The notes under the pieces: model-generated
What the model saw: the letters and a program-made list of their open reading frames with translations, nothing else
Told to the model about the DNA's origin: nothing
The model's database searches: none
Assembly: GCA_963718615.1 (NCBI GenBank)
Contig: OY970368.1
Span: 4,960,001 to 5,024,000 of the forward strand
Direction: 5' to 3'
DNA from: an uncultured cyanobacterium
GTDB lineage: Bacteria > Cyanobacteriota > Cyanobacteriia > PCC-9006 > JAAUQQ01
Length of the DNA stretch: 64,000 bases
In this document: in pieces, positions 21,392 to 31,199 of the stretch
Layout: each line of letters opens with the position of its first letter
Numbering within the stretch: position 1 is the stretch's first letter
Program-made: the position numbers and the translations under genes

Positions 21392-22009
21392 TTAGGGCTG
21401 AATGAGCAATTGCCATTCCTGCCGATCCAAGTTCCAGTAGGGCAGCTGGGTTTGGCCCACCACATAGGGACCCCAATAGCGGCGGGAGCCATCCTGGGCA
21501 AAGGCAACCAGCACGTCTCCCGCTTCTAATTGCAAATCCCCTTGGGGAAGAGAAAGCACCAGACCCGCTTGTCCCCCTTCTCCGGGAGCAAAATCCCAGT
21601 GAATCGGCTCGATATCGTATCTGGCGGTGGCCTGGAGGTCCTTGCTACCTGCTCCATCCTTTTGACCATTGACTTGACGGGGCAGCAGCGCAATTCGGAG
21701 GGGATGCTCCGTTTGATTGCCGACCCGAAAACTCCCGCTGTGATCGCTCTGGGCCTGGGGCGAAAACAGATCGGCATCGGCGGTCGTGGCCTCACGGGCC
21801 AGGAAAACTTCAGCGGCAGGCGTGGCGATCGCCCCCGCAGACGGAGCCTCCGGCGGCAAGGGCTGCACCACCGGCTTGACCACAATATCTTCCGTCGCTG
21901 CCAAGACCGACTCACCGGATCGCTGTCCCTGATTGACCGAGCACCCCGCGAGTCCCAAACTACAGACTAATCCCACTACCGCGATCCCAAGCCTTAACAT
22001 TCCATTCAC
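21392..22009 (-). CDS. Conserved hypothetical lipoprotein
   Basis: Lipobox LAGC; HWDFAPGEG, FAQDGSRRYWGPYVVG. Confidence 0.7.
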   Translation of the reverse strand: MNGMLRLGIAVVGLVCSLGLAGCSVNQGQRSGESVLAATEDIVVKPVVQPLPPEAPSAGAIATPAAEVFLAREATTADADLFSPQAQSDHSGSFRVGNQTEHPLRIALLPRQVNGQKDGAGSKDLQATARYDIEPIHWDFAPGEGGQAGLVLSLPQGDLQLEAGDVLVAFAQDGSRRYWGPYVVGQTQLPYWNLDRQEWQLLIQP

Positions 22010-22118
22010 CTACTCACCATTTCAACCGTTAGACTGCCCCTAGAGGATTGCGCCTAACTCCGTTATAGCTAGCCGCACCTTCCATTGGCCCCCTTTACAC
22101 GATTCCCCTTACAAATCT

Positions 22119-22442
22119 ATGCAAGACACCCGCCTAACCCGTCTTTTGGACGGTGCTAGCGATCGCCTTGGGCGCTGGTTTAGCAATCCCTGGCGACGTC
22201 TCTCGGTCCAGATCATCAGCTTGCTCGGAGGCTTTTTCCTGGGGAGCGCGATCGCTGCCGTCGCCGGTCAGGCCGCGATTTGGGATACCACCGTCGCAGG
22301 AATTTTGCTAGGTTTGTCCGAGCTGGTCAACTGGTTGGTCTACCGGGTCCGAGGACGGGTCTTACCCATTGAGCTGTTGAACTATCTCAAAATCGGCATG
22401 ATTTACTGCTTGTTTTTGGAAGCGTTCAAGCTTGGATCTTGA
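22119..22442 (+). CDS. ycf20: DUF565 / Ycf20-family protein
   Basis: MQDTRL, NPWRRLS, KIG..Y.LFLEAFKLGS. Confidence 0.88.
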   Translation: MQDTRLTRLLDGASDRLGRWFSNPWRRLSVQIISLLGGFFLGSAIAAVAGQAAIWDTTVAGILLGLSELVNWLVYRVRGRVLPIELLNYLKIGMIYCLFLEAFKLGS

Positions 22443-22482
22443 GCTTCGATCTTGAGCTTCAGATCTTGACGTGACGTTGGGC

Positions 22483-23934
22483 TCAGAGGTACCAGAGAGC
22501 CTCCGCCATGCTAGCGCAGATTCGGTCATCCCTGGGGTTGATCCCCGGCCCCAGCTTGAGCACATGATGCAGCAATAGCAGACCCACCAGGGTCCAGGTT
22601 TGGAAAGAGCGCGTTTGCTGGCCAGTCCAGAGTCCGGTCGGTCCATCGAAATATTCGGCCCACTGTTGAGGGGGAAGCTGGCGAAGTTGACAGTGGTAGC
22701 AATCGTCCAAAAGCTGGGTGAGTTCCTGTTGCAGGGTCGGGGTTTGAGTCAAATAGGCTCGTTGGCGCAGGATGGCGATCGCCAAAAACCAAGTGAGACA
22801 GGGCCAATGCCCGCCATTGTGATAGGAACCGGGGGAATTCTTCGGATCGCAGCCGGTCAATCTTTGCCAGGACAATCCAGTTAAGGGCGGATGACAAATC
22901 CGCAGGGGCATCTCCGCCACGAGGTCGGCGCGATTTTGCAAGATAAGCTGAAACAGCGCCGTTTGCTGCACGGGTTCAAGAATATCGAACAGACAGGCTA
23001 AGCTATTTCCCAGGGTCAAAAATCGGCAATCGAGCTGACCCGTTTGCACATTAGCCACGAGATATCCCCCCGCTGTTCCGAGCCAAGTCTGTAGCCAATC
23101 GGGCAGCGTTCCGGCATAAATATTGTAGGGATTGGTTGCAGTTTCGCCGTATTGTTCGTTGGGTTGCTGACGCAATTGTTGGATGGTTTTGCGATCGATC
23201 CAATAGTGCTGTCGAAGAAAGTCCCGCAGTTCTTGGGCGTGGGCGATCGCCGCTGCTCCCCCTTCCTCTCCCGGCCCGAGCAATCGACCGGCACTGCGCA
23301 ATGCTCCATACAACAACACCTGAACTTCCAAGGGTGCACCGCCCAGGCCCAAAGGGCGATCGATCATAAAAGCACCGTCGGGAACCCAGAGGGTAGGGGC
23401 GGCTTGAAATCGCGGGGCCAGAAGCAATTGGAGTAATTGGTGGAGACCCTGTTGAATGAGGGGCGATCGCGCCCAGTCCCAATCCCCCGTTTGTTCGACA
23501 TACATCTGAGCCAAGATCGGCACCCAGAGCGATGCATCCACAGAGGCAACCCGCCCGATCGCCCGTTGGCCATAGTCTGCGATCAAAACCCCGTCTTCTT
23601 CGAGAAAACTTGTGGGAAAAATACCGATTTGGGGTCCAGCCTGCTGCTGGAGCTGAAAACAAGTCGTGAGAAAATGCTGCACCGTCTCAGCTCGGCCCGT
23701 CAGAAGCAGATAGACCATGACCGGCACATTATCGCGGATGAACACTTCGCCATAGTTGAGTTCGCCCTGGAGTCCTGCGGGTGCGAGGGCGGCGATCGCC
23801 CCCACAATTTTCCCCTGAGCTGTAACCAGCGTCTGCTCAAACAGGGCTTGGGCCTGCTCTAGGACAGTCTGCTCTAGGACGGTCTGCTCTAGGCTTGCCT
23901 GCTCTAGGCTTGTTTGTGGGTCCACTGAGTTCAT
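22483..23934 (-). CDS. Alkaline/neutral invertase (GH100)
   Basis: LNYGEVFIRD, ADYGQRAIGR..SVD..LW, DGAFMIDR, SYHNGGHWP, WAEYFDG. Confidence 0.92.
   Translation of the reverse strand: MNSVDPQTSLEQASLEQTVLEQTVLEQAQALFEQTLVTAQGKIVGAIAALAPAGLQGELNYGEVFIRDNVPVMVYLLLTGRAETVQHFLTTCFQLQQQAGPQIGIFPTSFLEEDGVLIADYGQRAIGRVASVDASLWVPILAQMYVEQTGDWDWARSPLIQQGLHQLLQLLLAPRFQAAPTLWVPDGAFMIDRPLGLGGAPLEVQVLLYGALRSAGRLLGPGEEGGAAAIAHAQELRDFLRQHYWIDRKTIQQLRQQPNEQYGETATNPYNIYAGTLPDWLQTWLGTAGGYLVANVQTGQLDCRFLTLGNSLACLFDILEPVQQTALFQLILQNRADLVAEMPLRICHPPLTGLSWQRLTGCDPKNSPGSYHNGGHWPCLTWFLAIAILRQRAYLTQTPTLQQELTQLLDDCYHCQLRQLPPQQWAEYFDGPTGLWTGQQTRSFQTWTLVGLLLLHHVLKLGPGINPRDDRICASMAEALWYL
23854..23912 (-). repeat. 15-bp in-frame repeat (LEQAS/LEQTV), 4 copies, in the invertase N-terminus
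   Basis: ctgctctagg core repeated four times. Confidence 0.8.
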
Positions 23935-24005
23935 CGTTCACAGCCCAATGGTATAGCCAGTCTAAAGGGTTGGAGCTTGTTAGAACTGTGATTTCAGTTT
24001 ACAGC

Positions 24006-24995
24006 TCATAACTGAAGATTAGGTGATGTTTCATCGCCTGTACTCAGGCGTAAGTCTACCCCTTCCTTTCGTTGTCTTAGATCGTAGTAAGTGACTGCAT
24101 TGACAATAGGTGTAAAGGGAATGAGTAATAAGTCTAGCAGCCAGGAAATAGCCAGAAACAGGCCAATACTAGCGAGGAATATGTAAAAACGAGATGGAGT
24201 CCCATGGTGCAACAGAGATGTGAATGCAGCAACAGGTAATGAAAAGGCTGCCAAATAGGGCGGCATTGTGACGATCGCTGCAAGCAGTCCAATGATCGTG
24301 ATTTTTGGGGCGAATCCTTTGGCCAGATTCCAGCATCGAGAAATCGTTGAATGGGCTTGCTTACCTTCAACAGAAAAGACAACATAGGCTAACGACAAAA
24401 CTGCAGAAACCCAAATCGAAATCGCGCATTGTATTACAGTTAGAACAATCTCAATCCCGTCTAAGCTCGGAGAAGTTGAAAGTTTTTCAGTTATACCTAT
24501 CTCTACTCGATTGAGCAAAGTATTGACACCCATATTTATGAAACCAACTTTGACTCCCAACCACCAGAAGTGCCATATTTTTGAGTTCAGAGCGACCAAG
24601 ACTTGTTGGAGAGATTCCGGTTGATTCAAGAGAAATGAATAGGTTAATCGAGCAATTTGAGCTTGTCGTAGCTTAAAAATAGCTGATCCTATAATCAGAA
24701 AAAGAATACAAACGATCAGCACTATAGCAGTAAAGAATGGATTAACAAATCCCTGAATCAAGGGCTCAAAGTATGAGTTTACCTCTGTGAATTTAGAAAA
24801 CAAAAAAACTCCCACTTGTGCTACAACTACCAGAAGTAGAAGCAAAAAGCTTGCTTTAGATAAGCCCACCCAAATGGCGGCATTGACTGCTACTTTAAGA
24901 TTTTGTTTAAAGTGGCTTTTGTACATCGAGATGCTGAGACTGACAACATTACCAATGCTGAGCATTGTAGAATTAGGACTTGAGGAATTTTGCAT
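24006..24995 (-). CDS. Multi-pass membrane protein (DUF975-like), AT-rich
   Basis: LSIGNVVS..I.MYKSHFKQ N-terminus, YYDLRQRKEG.DLRL C-terminus, several TM helices. Confidence 0.7.
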   Translation of the reverse strand: MQNSSSPNSTMLSIGNVVSLSISMYKSHFKQNLKVAVNAAIWVGLSKASFLLLLLVVVAQVGVFLFSKFTEVNSYFEPLIQGFVNPFFTAIVLIVCILFLIIGSAIFKLRQAQIARLTYSFLLNQPESLQQVLVALNSKIWHFWWLGVKVGFINMGVNTLLNRVEIGITEKLSTSPSLDGIEIVLTVIQCAISIWVSAVLSLAYVVFSVEGKQAHSTISRCWNLAKGFAPKITIIGLLAAIVTMPPYLAAFSLPVAAFTSLLHHGTPSRFYIFLASIGLFLAISWLLDLLLIPFTPIVNAVTYYDLRQRKEGVDLRLSTGDETSPNLQL

Positions 24996-25278
24996 AGCTA
25001 CCTATGTTCGCTGAGGATTTGAACTCTTGACGACGCTCTGGTTTAATTTTGAGGTTCTAGTTTCCGGTGGGCTGTGGCCGGTCAGTTCTCCCTCGCGAGG
25101 GTCAGACCGGGCAATTTATCCACTGTCCAGCTATTCAAATCCGTAGGCTTCAGCCTCAGCAAAACATCACCTTGGCGCATTAGTTTCATGAGATTTACCT
25201 TGTCAGTCAAAGCATGCAAACTCTGAAAGGTCTATCCCCAAGCCCCTTAAAAATTATGTGATTGCCGCGATTTTATTC

Positions 25279-26253
25279 TCAACTCGCCCGACGACGTAAC
25301 ACATCCAACAACGTCGTAAACGTTTTAGGCAGCGGGGCGATCGCCACCACCTCCTCCCCACTCACCGGATGCACCAAACTCAACCGCCAAGCATGCAGCG
25401 CCTGCCCCGGCAAATTGACGCCGAGCGATCGCCCCGCTCCATAAACCTGATCCCCCACAATCGGATTTCCCAACGCCTGACAATGCACCCGAATTTGATG
25501 GGTTCGCCCGGTCTCTAGTTGAAAATGCATCAGCGTGTAGTTGCCCAAGCGTTCTTGAATCGCCCAATGGGTAATCGCTTGGCGTCCGCCCTTTTCCTCT
25601 GGGATAATGGCTTGCTTTTTGCGATCGCTCGCATGCCGCCCAATGGGAGCATTGATCGTACCCAACTCAGTTTTAGGAATGCCATAAACAATCCCCAAAT
25701 ATTCACGACGGGCAGTCTTCTGACGCAGTTGTTCCTGCAAGTTTTGCAATGCCAGCTCCGACTTAGCCACCACGATCGCCCCAGTGGTATCCTTATCCAG
25801 CCGATGCACAATTCCCGGACGCTCAATGCCCCCAATCCCTGGCAAATGCTCACAGTGGTGCAAGAGGGCATGAACCAGGGTACCGCTGCGGTGCCCCGGC
25901 GAAGGATGAACCACCATCCCAGCAGGTTTGTTGAGAATAATCAGATGCTCGTCCTCAAACAGAATATCGAGGGGAATGTCCTCCGGTTCCAGGTTCAGGG
26001 GTTCGGTTTTGGGAAAAATGACGCGGACGGTGTCACCTAGCTTGAGCTTGCCCTTTTTGTTCGTACAGACTTCGCCATTGATGCGAATGTGGCCCTCTTG
26101 GAGGAGGGTTTGGATGCGCGATCGTGAAAAATCCTGCAACTGCTCTGCCAGCCAGCGATCGAGGCGATCGTTAGTGGGGGTTTCAACGAGAAAATCAACT
26201 TTACGCGGCATAGCTGGGCAGGTAAGTGAAAGGTCAGTGAAAGAACAAGTCAA
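25279..26253 (-). CDS. rluD: RluA-family 23S rRNA pseudouridine synthase (RluD type)
   Basis: S4 domain RLDRWL..FSRSRIQ; NKPAGMVVHP; GIVHRLDKDTTG; LETGRTHQIRVH. Confidence 0.93.
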   Translation of the reverse strand: MTCSFTDLSLTCPAMPRKVDFLVETPTNDRLDRWLAEQLQDFSRSRIQTLLQEGHIRINGEVCTNKKGKLKLGDTVRVIFPKTEPLNLEPEDIPLDILFEDEHLIILNKPAGMVVHPSPGHRSGTLVHALLHHCEHLPGIGGIERPGIVHRLDKDTTGAIVVAKSELALQNLQEQLRQKTARREYLGIVYGIPKTELGTINAPIGRHASDRKKQAIIPEEKGGRQAITHWAIQERLGNYTLMHFQLETGRTHQIRVHCQALGNPIVGDQVYGAGRSLGVNLPGQALHAWRLSLVHPVSGEEVVAIAPLPKTFTTLLDVLRRRAS

Positions 26254-26335
26254 TTAAGTCTATTAGATTTGAGCTCATCAGGAGATTCGTTACCCCTAGT
26301 CGGTAGAATCAAAGACCGTGAGCTAGAATAATTCT

Positions 26336-26617
26336 GTGCAGTTTGAGTGGAATGGCTCAAAAGCAGCCAGAAATCTGAAAAAGCACAAGGTTAGTTTCGA
26401 AGAAGCTAAAACTGTTTTTGATAACCCCTTGTCACTTATTTTCAGTGATGAAGAGCATTCTTCTTTGGACGAATGGCGCGAAATCATCATCGGACATTCC
26501 CAGCAAAACCGGCTCCTTTTGGTTGCCTTTACAGAGCGTGCTAAGGCAATTCGCATTATCAGTGCTCGACTAGCAACTCGAACAGAACAAAATGACTATG
26601 AGCAACACTTTTCCTAA
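26336..26617 (+). CDS. brnT: BrnT-family toxin (type II TA)
   Basis: FEWN..KA..NLKKHKVSFEEA..VF, IRIISAR.AT. Confidence 0.9.
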   Translation: MQFEWNGSKAARNLKKHKVSFEEAKTVFDNPLSLIFSDEEHSSLDEWREIIIGHSQQNRLLLVAFTERAKAIRIISARLATRTEQNDYEQHFS

Positions 26618-26843
26618 CGCTTTAGACTCTTCTCAAGAAGATCTTAGTGATGAGTATCGATTTGATTATCAAACAGCCAAGCCCAATCGGTTTGCTGTTG
26701 CCCATTCAGAGCCGACTAAAATCATCGTCCTAGACGAAGATGTCGCCCGCGTTTTCACGACTTCAGAAGCGGTTAACAAAATTCTGCGGGCACTCATCCA
26801 ATCTATGCCTCACATCACTCCGCCGCAAATTTCCGAAAGTTAG
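26598..26843 (+). CDS. Putative BrnA-like antitoxin
   Basis: Overlaps the brnT end; EYRFDY..AKPNRFA, LDEDVA.VF.TSEAVN..LR. Confidence 0.75.
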   Translation: MSNTFPNALDSSQEDLSDEYRFDYQTAKPNRFAVAHSEPTKIIVLDEDVARVFTTSEAVNKILRALIQSMPHITPPQISES

Positions 26844-27637
26844 AATGGGGGAGTAGGGGAATACGGTGACAGTGGAAAGACCGTTGGACGACAGCCTTCG
26901 AGCTGCTGCCGCAGATTCACGACAGAGCCGATGACCGCGATCGCCGGAGCCTCAAACCCCGTTTCTTCCACCTGCCGAACCATCGTCCCCAGGGTACCCA
27001 CCAATTCCTGCTGATCCGGGCGCGTGCCCCAACGCACCAACGCCATTGGGGTTTCCGGCGCTAGCCCTGCGGTTTGCAACTCCCTCGTGATGTAGGGCAA
27101 GTTGTGGACGCCCATATAAATCACAATGGTTTCGCTGCCCTGGGCGATCGCCCCCCAATTCACATCGGGTCGATACTTCCCCGCCATCTCATGACCCGTC
27201 ACAAACGTTACCGATGAGCTATGACTCCGATGGGTCAGCGGAATCCCCGCATAGGCCGGAGCCGCAATGCCCGACGTAATCCCCGGCACCACTTCCACGG
27301 GAATTCCGGCCTTGACCAAATCCTCCGCCTCTTCCCCACCGCGCCCAAACACATAGGGATCGCCACCCTTGAGACGAACCACAACCCCATGCTGTTGCGC
27401 CAGTTCAATCAAAAGCCTAGTCGTTTCCTCTTGCAGCAACGAATGCCGTCCCCGCCGTTTGCCCGCATGAATCCGCTCGGCATGGGGACTAATCATCTGC
27501 AAAATCGGTGGGCTTACCAAGGCGTCGTAAACGACCACATCGGCACATTCCAGCAGGGTTTTCCCCTTAATGGTCAACAAACCGGGGTCGCCAGGGCCCG
27601 CCCCGACGAGATAAACCTTACCAATGGGATGATGCAT
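26840..27637 (-). CDS. cobA: Uroporphyrinogen-III C-methyltransferase
   Basis: VYLVGAGPGDPGLLT, VVYDALV, RLKGGDP, VPGITS. Confidence 0.96.
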   Translation of the reverse strand: MHHPIGKVYLVGAGPGDPGLLTIKGKTLLECADVVVYDALVSPPILQMISPHAERIHAGKRRGRHSLLQEETTRLLIELAQQHGVVVRLKGGDPYVFGRGGEEAEDLVKAGIPVEVVPGITSGIAAPAYAGIPLTHRSHSSSVTFVTGHEMAGKYRPDVNWGAIAQGSETIVIYMGVHNLPYITRELQTAGLAPETPMALVRWGTRPDQQELVGTLGTMVRQVEETGFEAPAIAVIGSVVNLRQQLEGCRPTVFPLSPYSPTPPF

Positions 27638-27736
27638 ACGAACCTGAATGAAGCGGGGGGAGCTGAGGCAGAGACTAAGGAGATATTGAAAGAGATTAAT
27701 TTTATTTTAATTATTGAAGAATGGGCGATGGCAGTA

Positions 27737-27750
27737 GTAGCGATCGTTAC
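27737..27750 (-). promoter_or_regulatory. Putative NtcA box upstream of cobA
   Basis: GTA-N8-TAC (GTAGCGATCGTTAC) about 100 bp upstream of the cobA start. Confidence 0.45.
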
Positions 27751-27812
27751 AAAATCCTAACCTAATGGGATCCCGATGACCAAATCCAGATGGCCAATAT
27801 CCCGCGTTCAGC

Positions 27813-28754
27813 TCACCGCTTTCCCCGCGCCGTTTCAACCGCCGTCAACAGGATCGAGTCTCGGCTCGCCTGGAGCGAAGGCCGCATCCGCTTTTCCATG
27901 GCCAGGGTGGAGTTAAAGTTAAACCCCAGCAGTTTCCCTTGAAAGCTAGTGATATAGAGATCGTTATGGACTTGAGTATCCATGGCTTGGCTAATAAACT
28001 CCAGTTTGATCCAACGAGAGCCGCCCATAGTTTCATAATCGCGGGCCACCCACTTAAACCCTGGAACTGACTCTTCTAGAAAAGATTCCAAAAACTGCCG
28101 CACCTCAGGCAGTTGCTCTGGCGCGAGGTCAATGTCGCTAAAGTTCACACCGATCGAAACACTGCGGGGCACATTGCCATAGGCATGCTGCGGCGGCACC
28201 GAACCCGGAAATTTGGTGCTAATCTCCGCTGCACTCATGGCCGTAAACCCCTGGGGTGGCACAAAAGAAATCTGATTATCCACCAAATAAACTCGCCCCT
28301 CAGCCTTGGAATCCTCCTTGGGATCCTCTTTTGGCTCTTCCTTGGGATCCTCAGCGGCAGGCGGCTCTGTTTCCAGCTGCGGATTGAGCTGGGGTGTTGA
28401 AGACGGATTCGGGGGAATTCCTTCCTCTAGGGGATCGACGGGATTCTCTGGAGACGAGGTCTGGGGCTGAGGGACAATCACCGGCTTGTCATCCCCAGGT
28501 TTGACCTCCGTGGGCTGTTCGTCGGTTTTCAGCGGTGCTGGGGTTAAGGCTTGGGCCGTCTGGGCCACTCCCAACGTTAGCCCACTCGCAAACGTCAGCA
28601 ACAATGCTATCCGCGTCAGGCGCGGGAGGTGCCTACGGGGGTTGCCCCGTTTATAGAATAAGGGGCTACGGAAAAAGGAGGCGAGGGAAAGGCGTTCCAT
28701 GCTTCTTATCAAGACAATCTGGGATCTGGTAGACGAGACCGGGGCAGCACTCAT
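27813..28754 (-). CDS. Exported hypothetical protein with a C-terminal PsbP/DcrB-like domain
   Basis: Signal-like AQTAQA, Pro/Glu linker, ISFVPPQGF, LEFISQAMDTQVHN...LLGFNFNST. Start uncertain. Confidence 0.55.
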   Translation of the reverse strand: MSAAPVSSTRSQIVLIRSMERLSLASFFRSPLFYKRGNPRRHLPRLTRIALLLTFASGLTLGVAQTAQALTPAPLKTDEQPTEVKPGDDKPVIVPQPQTSSPENPVDPLEEGIPPNPSSTPQLNPQLETEPPAAEDPKEEPKEDPKEDSKAEGRVYLVDNQISFVPPQGFTAMSAAEISTKFPGSVPPQHAYGNVPRSVSIGVNFSDIDLAPEQLPEVRQFLESFLEESVPGFKWVARDYETMGGSRWIKLEFISQAMDTQVHNDLYITSFQGKLLGFNFNSTLAMEKRMRPSLQASRDSILLTAVETARGKR

Positions 28755-28893
28755 TTTTGACAGAAGATCTAAGTCTGTATAGCCTGTTAGGTTATCGACG
28801 CTGGGTTATTCGCTCCTAGGCCACAATTCCCTGTGCATGGGCATTTAATGCCTATGGTCAGCGCTCGGCAACCCAATACCTGTTGATGAAACG

Positions 28894-29658
28894 ATGAACA
28901 CATCCTGGGGCAAAAAGATGAAAATCAGTGTAGATCTATTCTCCGGTTCTGCCGGTCTAGCCGGACTAATTCTCGGTTCAACGCTGTGTTTGCCTGCGAT
29001 CGCCCTCCCATCCCCCTCTATAACCCGTTTTACCCCGCTCACTCCATTCGTTAGTCCTCTCCTCACGGGTGTAGCCCCCACGCTGCTGGCTCAGGCCAGT
29101 CCTGCCTACAATCCCACTGGCTGTCGCCTAACGCGGGAAGCAGTAGGCGTCTATGAGGAACCAAACACCACGCAGACCGCACGGGGATTCCTCAAGCCGG
29201 AGACGGCAGTGACGCTAGGGGACGGGAGTGGCGAAGGCTGGGCTCGAATCGTATCTCCTTTGACGGGTTGGGTACAGTCCAAGTTCCTTAAGTTAGCAAA
29301 GCCAACGGATTGCGGCACAGTGGTTTCAGGGCCTGGGGTAACCCCTGGTACAGCTCCGGCTACCACCGTCCCAACGCCCCCGCCCCCTCCTTCGACTCAA
29401 ACGGCAAAACAGGCCGTTTGTACCGTCATCCCCGAGGCGGGACTGGTGGTGCGTGATATGCCCAATCCCGAGAACAGCCGGGTGATTGGCTCCATTCGGC
29501 CCGGTCGCTACACGTTTCAGTTCACCGAGCGGCGTTTGGCCCTAGAGTCACCGGAAGGATTGCGACAGTGGATTTATATCACGGCTCCTGCGAAGGGCTG
29601 GATTTCTCCGGGGTTTGTGAATGGGGGCTCAAATCTATCGGGTGAGAATTGTAATTAG
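28894..29658 (+). CDS. Exported protein with two bacterial SH3-like domains
   Basis: GWARIVSPLTGWVQSKFL and WIYITAPAKGWIS. Confidence 0.7.
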   Translation: MNTSWGKKMKISVDLFSGSAGLAGLILGSTLCLPAIALPSPSITRFTPLTPFVSPLLTGVAPTLLAQASPAYNPTGCRLTREAVGVYEEPNTTQTARGFLKPETAVTLGDGSGEGWARIVSPLTGWVQSKFLKLAKPTDCGTVVSGPGVTPGTAPATTVPTPPPPPSTQTAKQAVCTVIPEAGLVVRDMPNPENSRVIGSIRPGRYTFQFTERRLALESPEGLRQWIYITAPAKGWISPGFVNGGSNLSGENCN

Positions 29659-30191
29659 TGGCTGTCTGGAATCGGTGTATTGATTTGGGGTTTATCGATT
29701 TTGTTTTGATCAATTTCATCCTCGTCAAATATTTCACCCTCGTCCATCTCACTGTCCAATTCACTACCCATTTCACCGTCAATTTCACTGGAGTCAAAAG
29801 GGCTAAACTCCCTCCAGGTTGAGGCAGAGGGTTGAGCCAACACTTGCCAAGCCGCCCTCAGCCCCGCGAACGTGCTTAAGCCTGCTCGACGGGCTGTTGC
29901 TGCCTGGTGTCGCATGCTGACAATACCGTCATCTACCTGCTGAACGACCTGGCTGGCGCTGCGCACGCCTTCGTTGACCTGGTCTGAAAGTTCACTCAGT
30001 TCGTCACCTGTATCACGCAGGGCCTGTAGCGTTAGGGGAAGCTCGTGACGCAGCATATCGAGGAGCTTTTCGGCACTGCGGGCGGCGCGGGCCAGTTCCT
30101 GCATGACCGGAATGGCAATGACCAAAACTGCCGTTAAACTCACGGCGACCAGAATAAGAGAAAGTCCAAGCCAAAAAAGCGGATGCAGCAC
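29655..30191 (-). CDS. DUF948-family membrane protein
   Basis: PLFWLGLS..LVAVSLTAVL, ELARAARSAEKL.D.L..ELP.TL. Confidence 0.75.
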   Translation of the reverse strand: MLHPLFWLGLSLILVAVSLTAVLVIAIPVMQELARAARSAEKLLDMLRHELPLTLQALRDTGDELSELSDQVNEGVRSASQVVQQVDDGIVSMRHQAATARRAGLSTFAGLRAAWQVLAQPSASTWREFSPFDSSEIDGEMGSELDSEMDEGEIFDEDEIDQNKIDKPQINTPIPDSH

Positions 30192-30242
30192 AGCGACTCA
30201 GCGGTCCATTAGCGTCAGGAGATTAACAACGAGGCAGTCAAG

Positions 30243-30635
30243 TTAGGGATGGGAATCCGGTGACGCCACGACTTCGCGCAGTTCATCTGTGGAACTAGGA
30301 CTGGTTTTGGCGCTGGTTTTGGCGATCGCAGTCTTGGGGCGATTAAGCCGACGATTTTCTTCAAGACCCGCTTCTACCCCGGCGGCGATCGCCTCCTTCA
30401 AGCGCACCAACGTCCCCTCCCAGTTTTGCAACGCCGTATCCGAGAGCCGATCCGCCTGCAATTGCAGACTCGTAGCCAGATCCTCCGCCAGCTCCGGCAG
30501 CGCATCCGCTGATTTCCGTAGGAGCTTACGGGTTTCCCGACCGGCCTTGGGGGCGAGCAAGAGACCCGTGACAGCCCCTAGGGCGCTGCCGATGAGCAAG
30601 CCACCCAGGAATCCGCTGGATTGATTGTTCGCCAT
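30243..30635 (-). CDS. YtxH domain-containing protein
   Basis: GFLGGLLIG..LGA..GLLLAPKAGRETR; CAGGAG RBS before ATG 30635. Confidence 0.85.
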   Translation of the reverse strand: MANNQSSGFLGGLLIGSALGAVTGLLLAPKAGRETRKLLRKSADALPELAEDLATSLQLQADRLSDTALQNWEGTLVRLKEAIAAGVEAGLEENRRLNRPKTAIAKTSAKTSPSSTDELREVVASPDSHP

Positions 30636-30666
30636 GGCTCTACTCCTGTCTGAATCACTGATTTGT

Positions 30667-31017
30667 TTATACACCGGTTTGCTTATGCACCGGCTTGTTT
30701 CCCCGCCGCCGCCCCACGTACCCCTGCACCCATCCCAAGGCCAACAGAACTCGCTGGAGCTGCTGGAGCTGCCCGCTTGTACGGCGATAGCCCCCGCGTA
30801 ACCGCTGTAAGCCCTGCTGACCAGTCACGAGCGAGTCTTGGCTGCCCTTGAGGGCGTTTCGAGTATGGTACTCGACATCTTCGAGCATCCAATTCACCTG
30901 GGCCAGGGTGGATTTGAGCCGCCACAGCTTCCAGGCGATCAGGATGAGGAGAAGGGCGATCGCCCCATTCACCAGCACGACTGCCGTAACCGTTGTATCA
31001 GAAGCCATGACATCCAT
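30667..31017 (-). CDS. Hypothetical membrane-anchored protein (upstream of YtxH/DUF948)
   Basis: N-terminal TM helix and coiled coil; co-oriented with downstream genes. Confidence 0.6.
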   Translation of the reverse strand: MDVMASDTTVTAVVLVNGAIALLLILIAWKLWRLKSTLAQVNWMLEDVEYHTRNALKGSQDSLVTGQQGLQRLRGGYRRTSGQLQQLQRVLLALGWVQGYVGRRRGNKPVHKQTGV

Positions 31018-31199
31018 TGCTCTACCATGCCTTGTCTACCCTGCCTTGATTGTAATCTACGGCTTTTCAAGCCCATCGATTGCCGAGAGAATTCGTCGCC
31101 CTAGGGAGGCATAGGAGTGAAACAAACTGTAATAAGGTGGGGATTGCGTGAATCATCACGCGCACCAGTCGTTCTTTTGCATTGCTGTTAGGAGTCTTT

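Noticed and set aside
23958-23988. TCTAAA...GTTAGAA next to the AT-rich gene as a possible attC
   Set aside because: Too short, no AAC core and no L-box stem.
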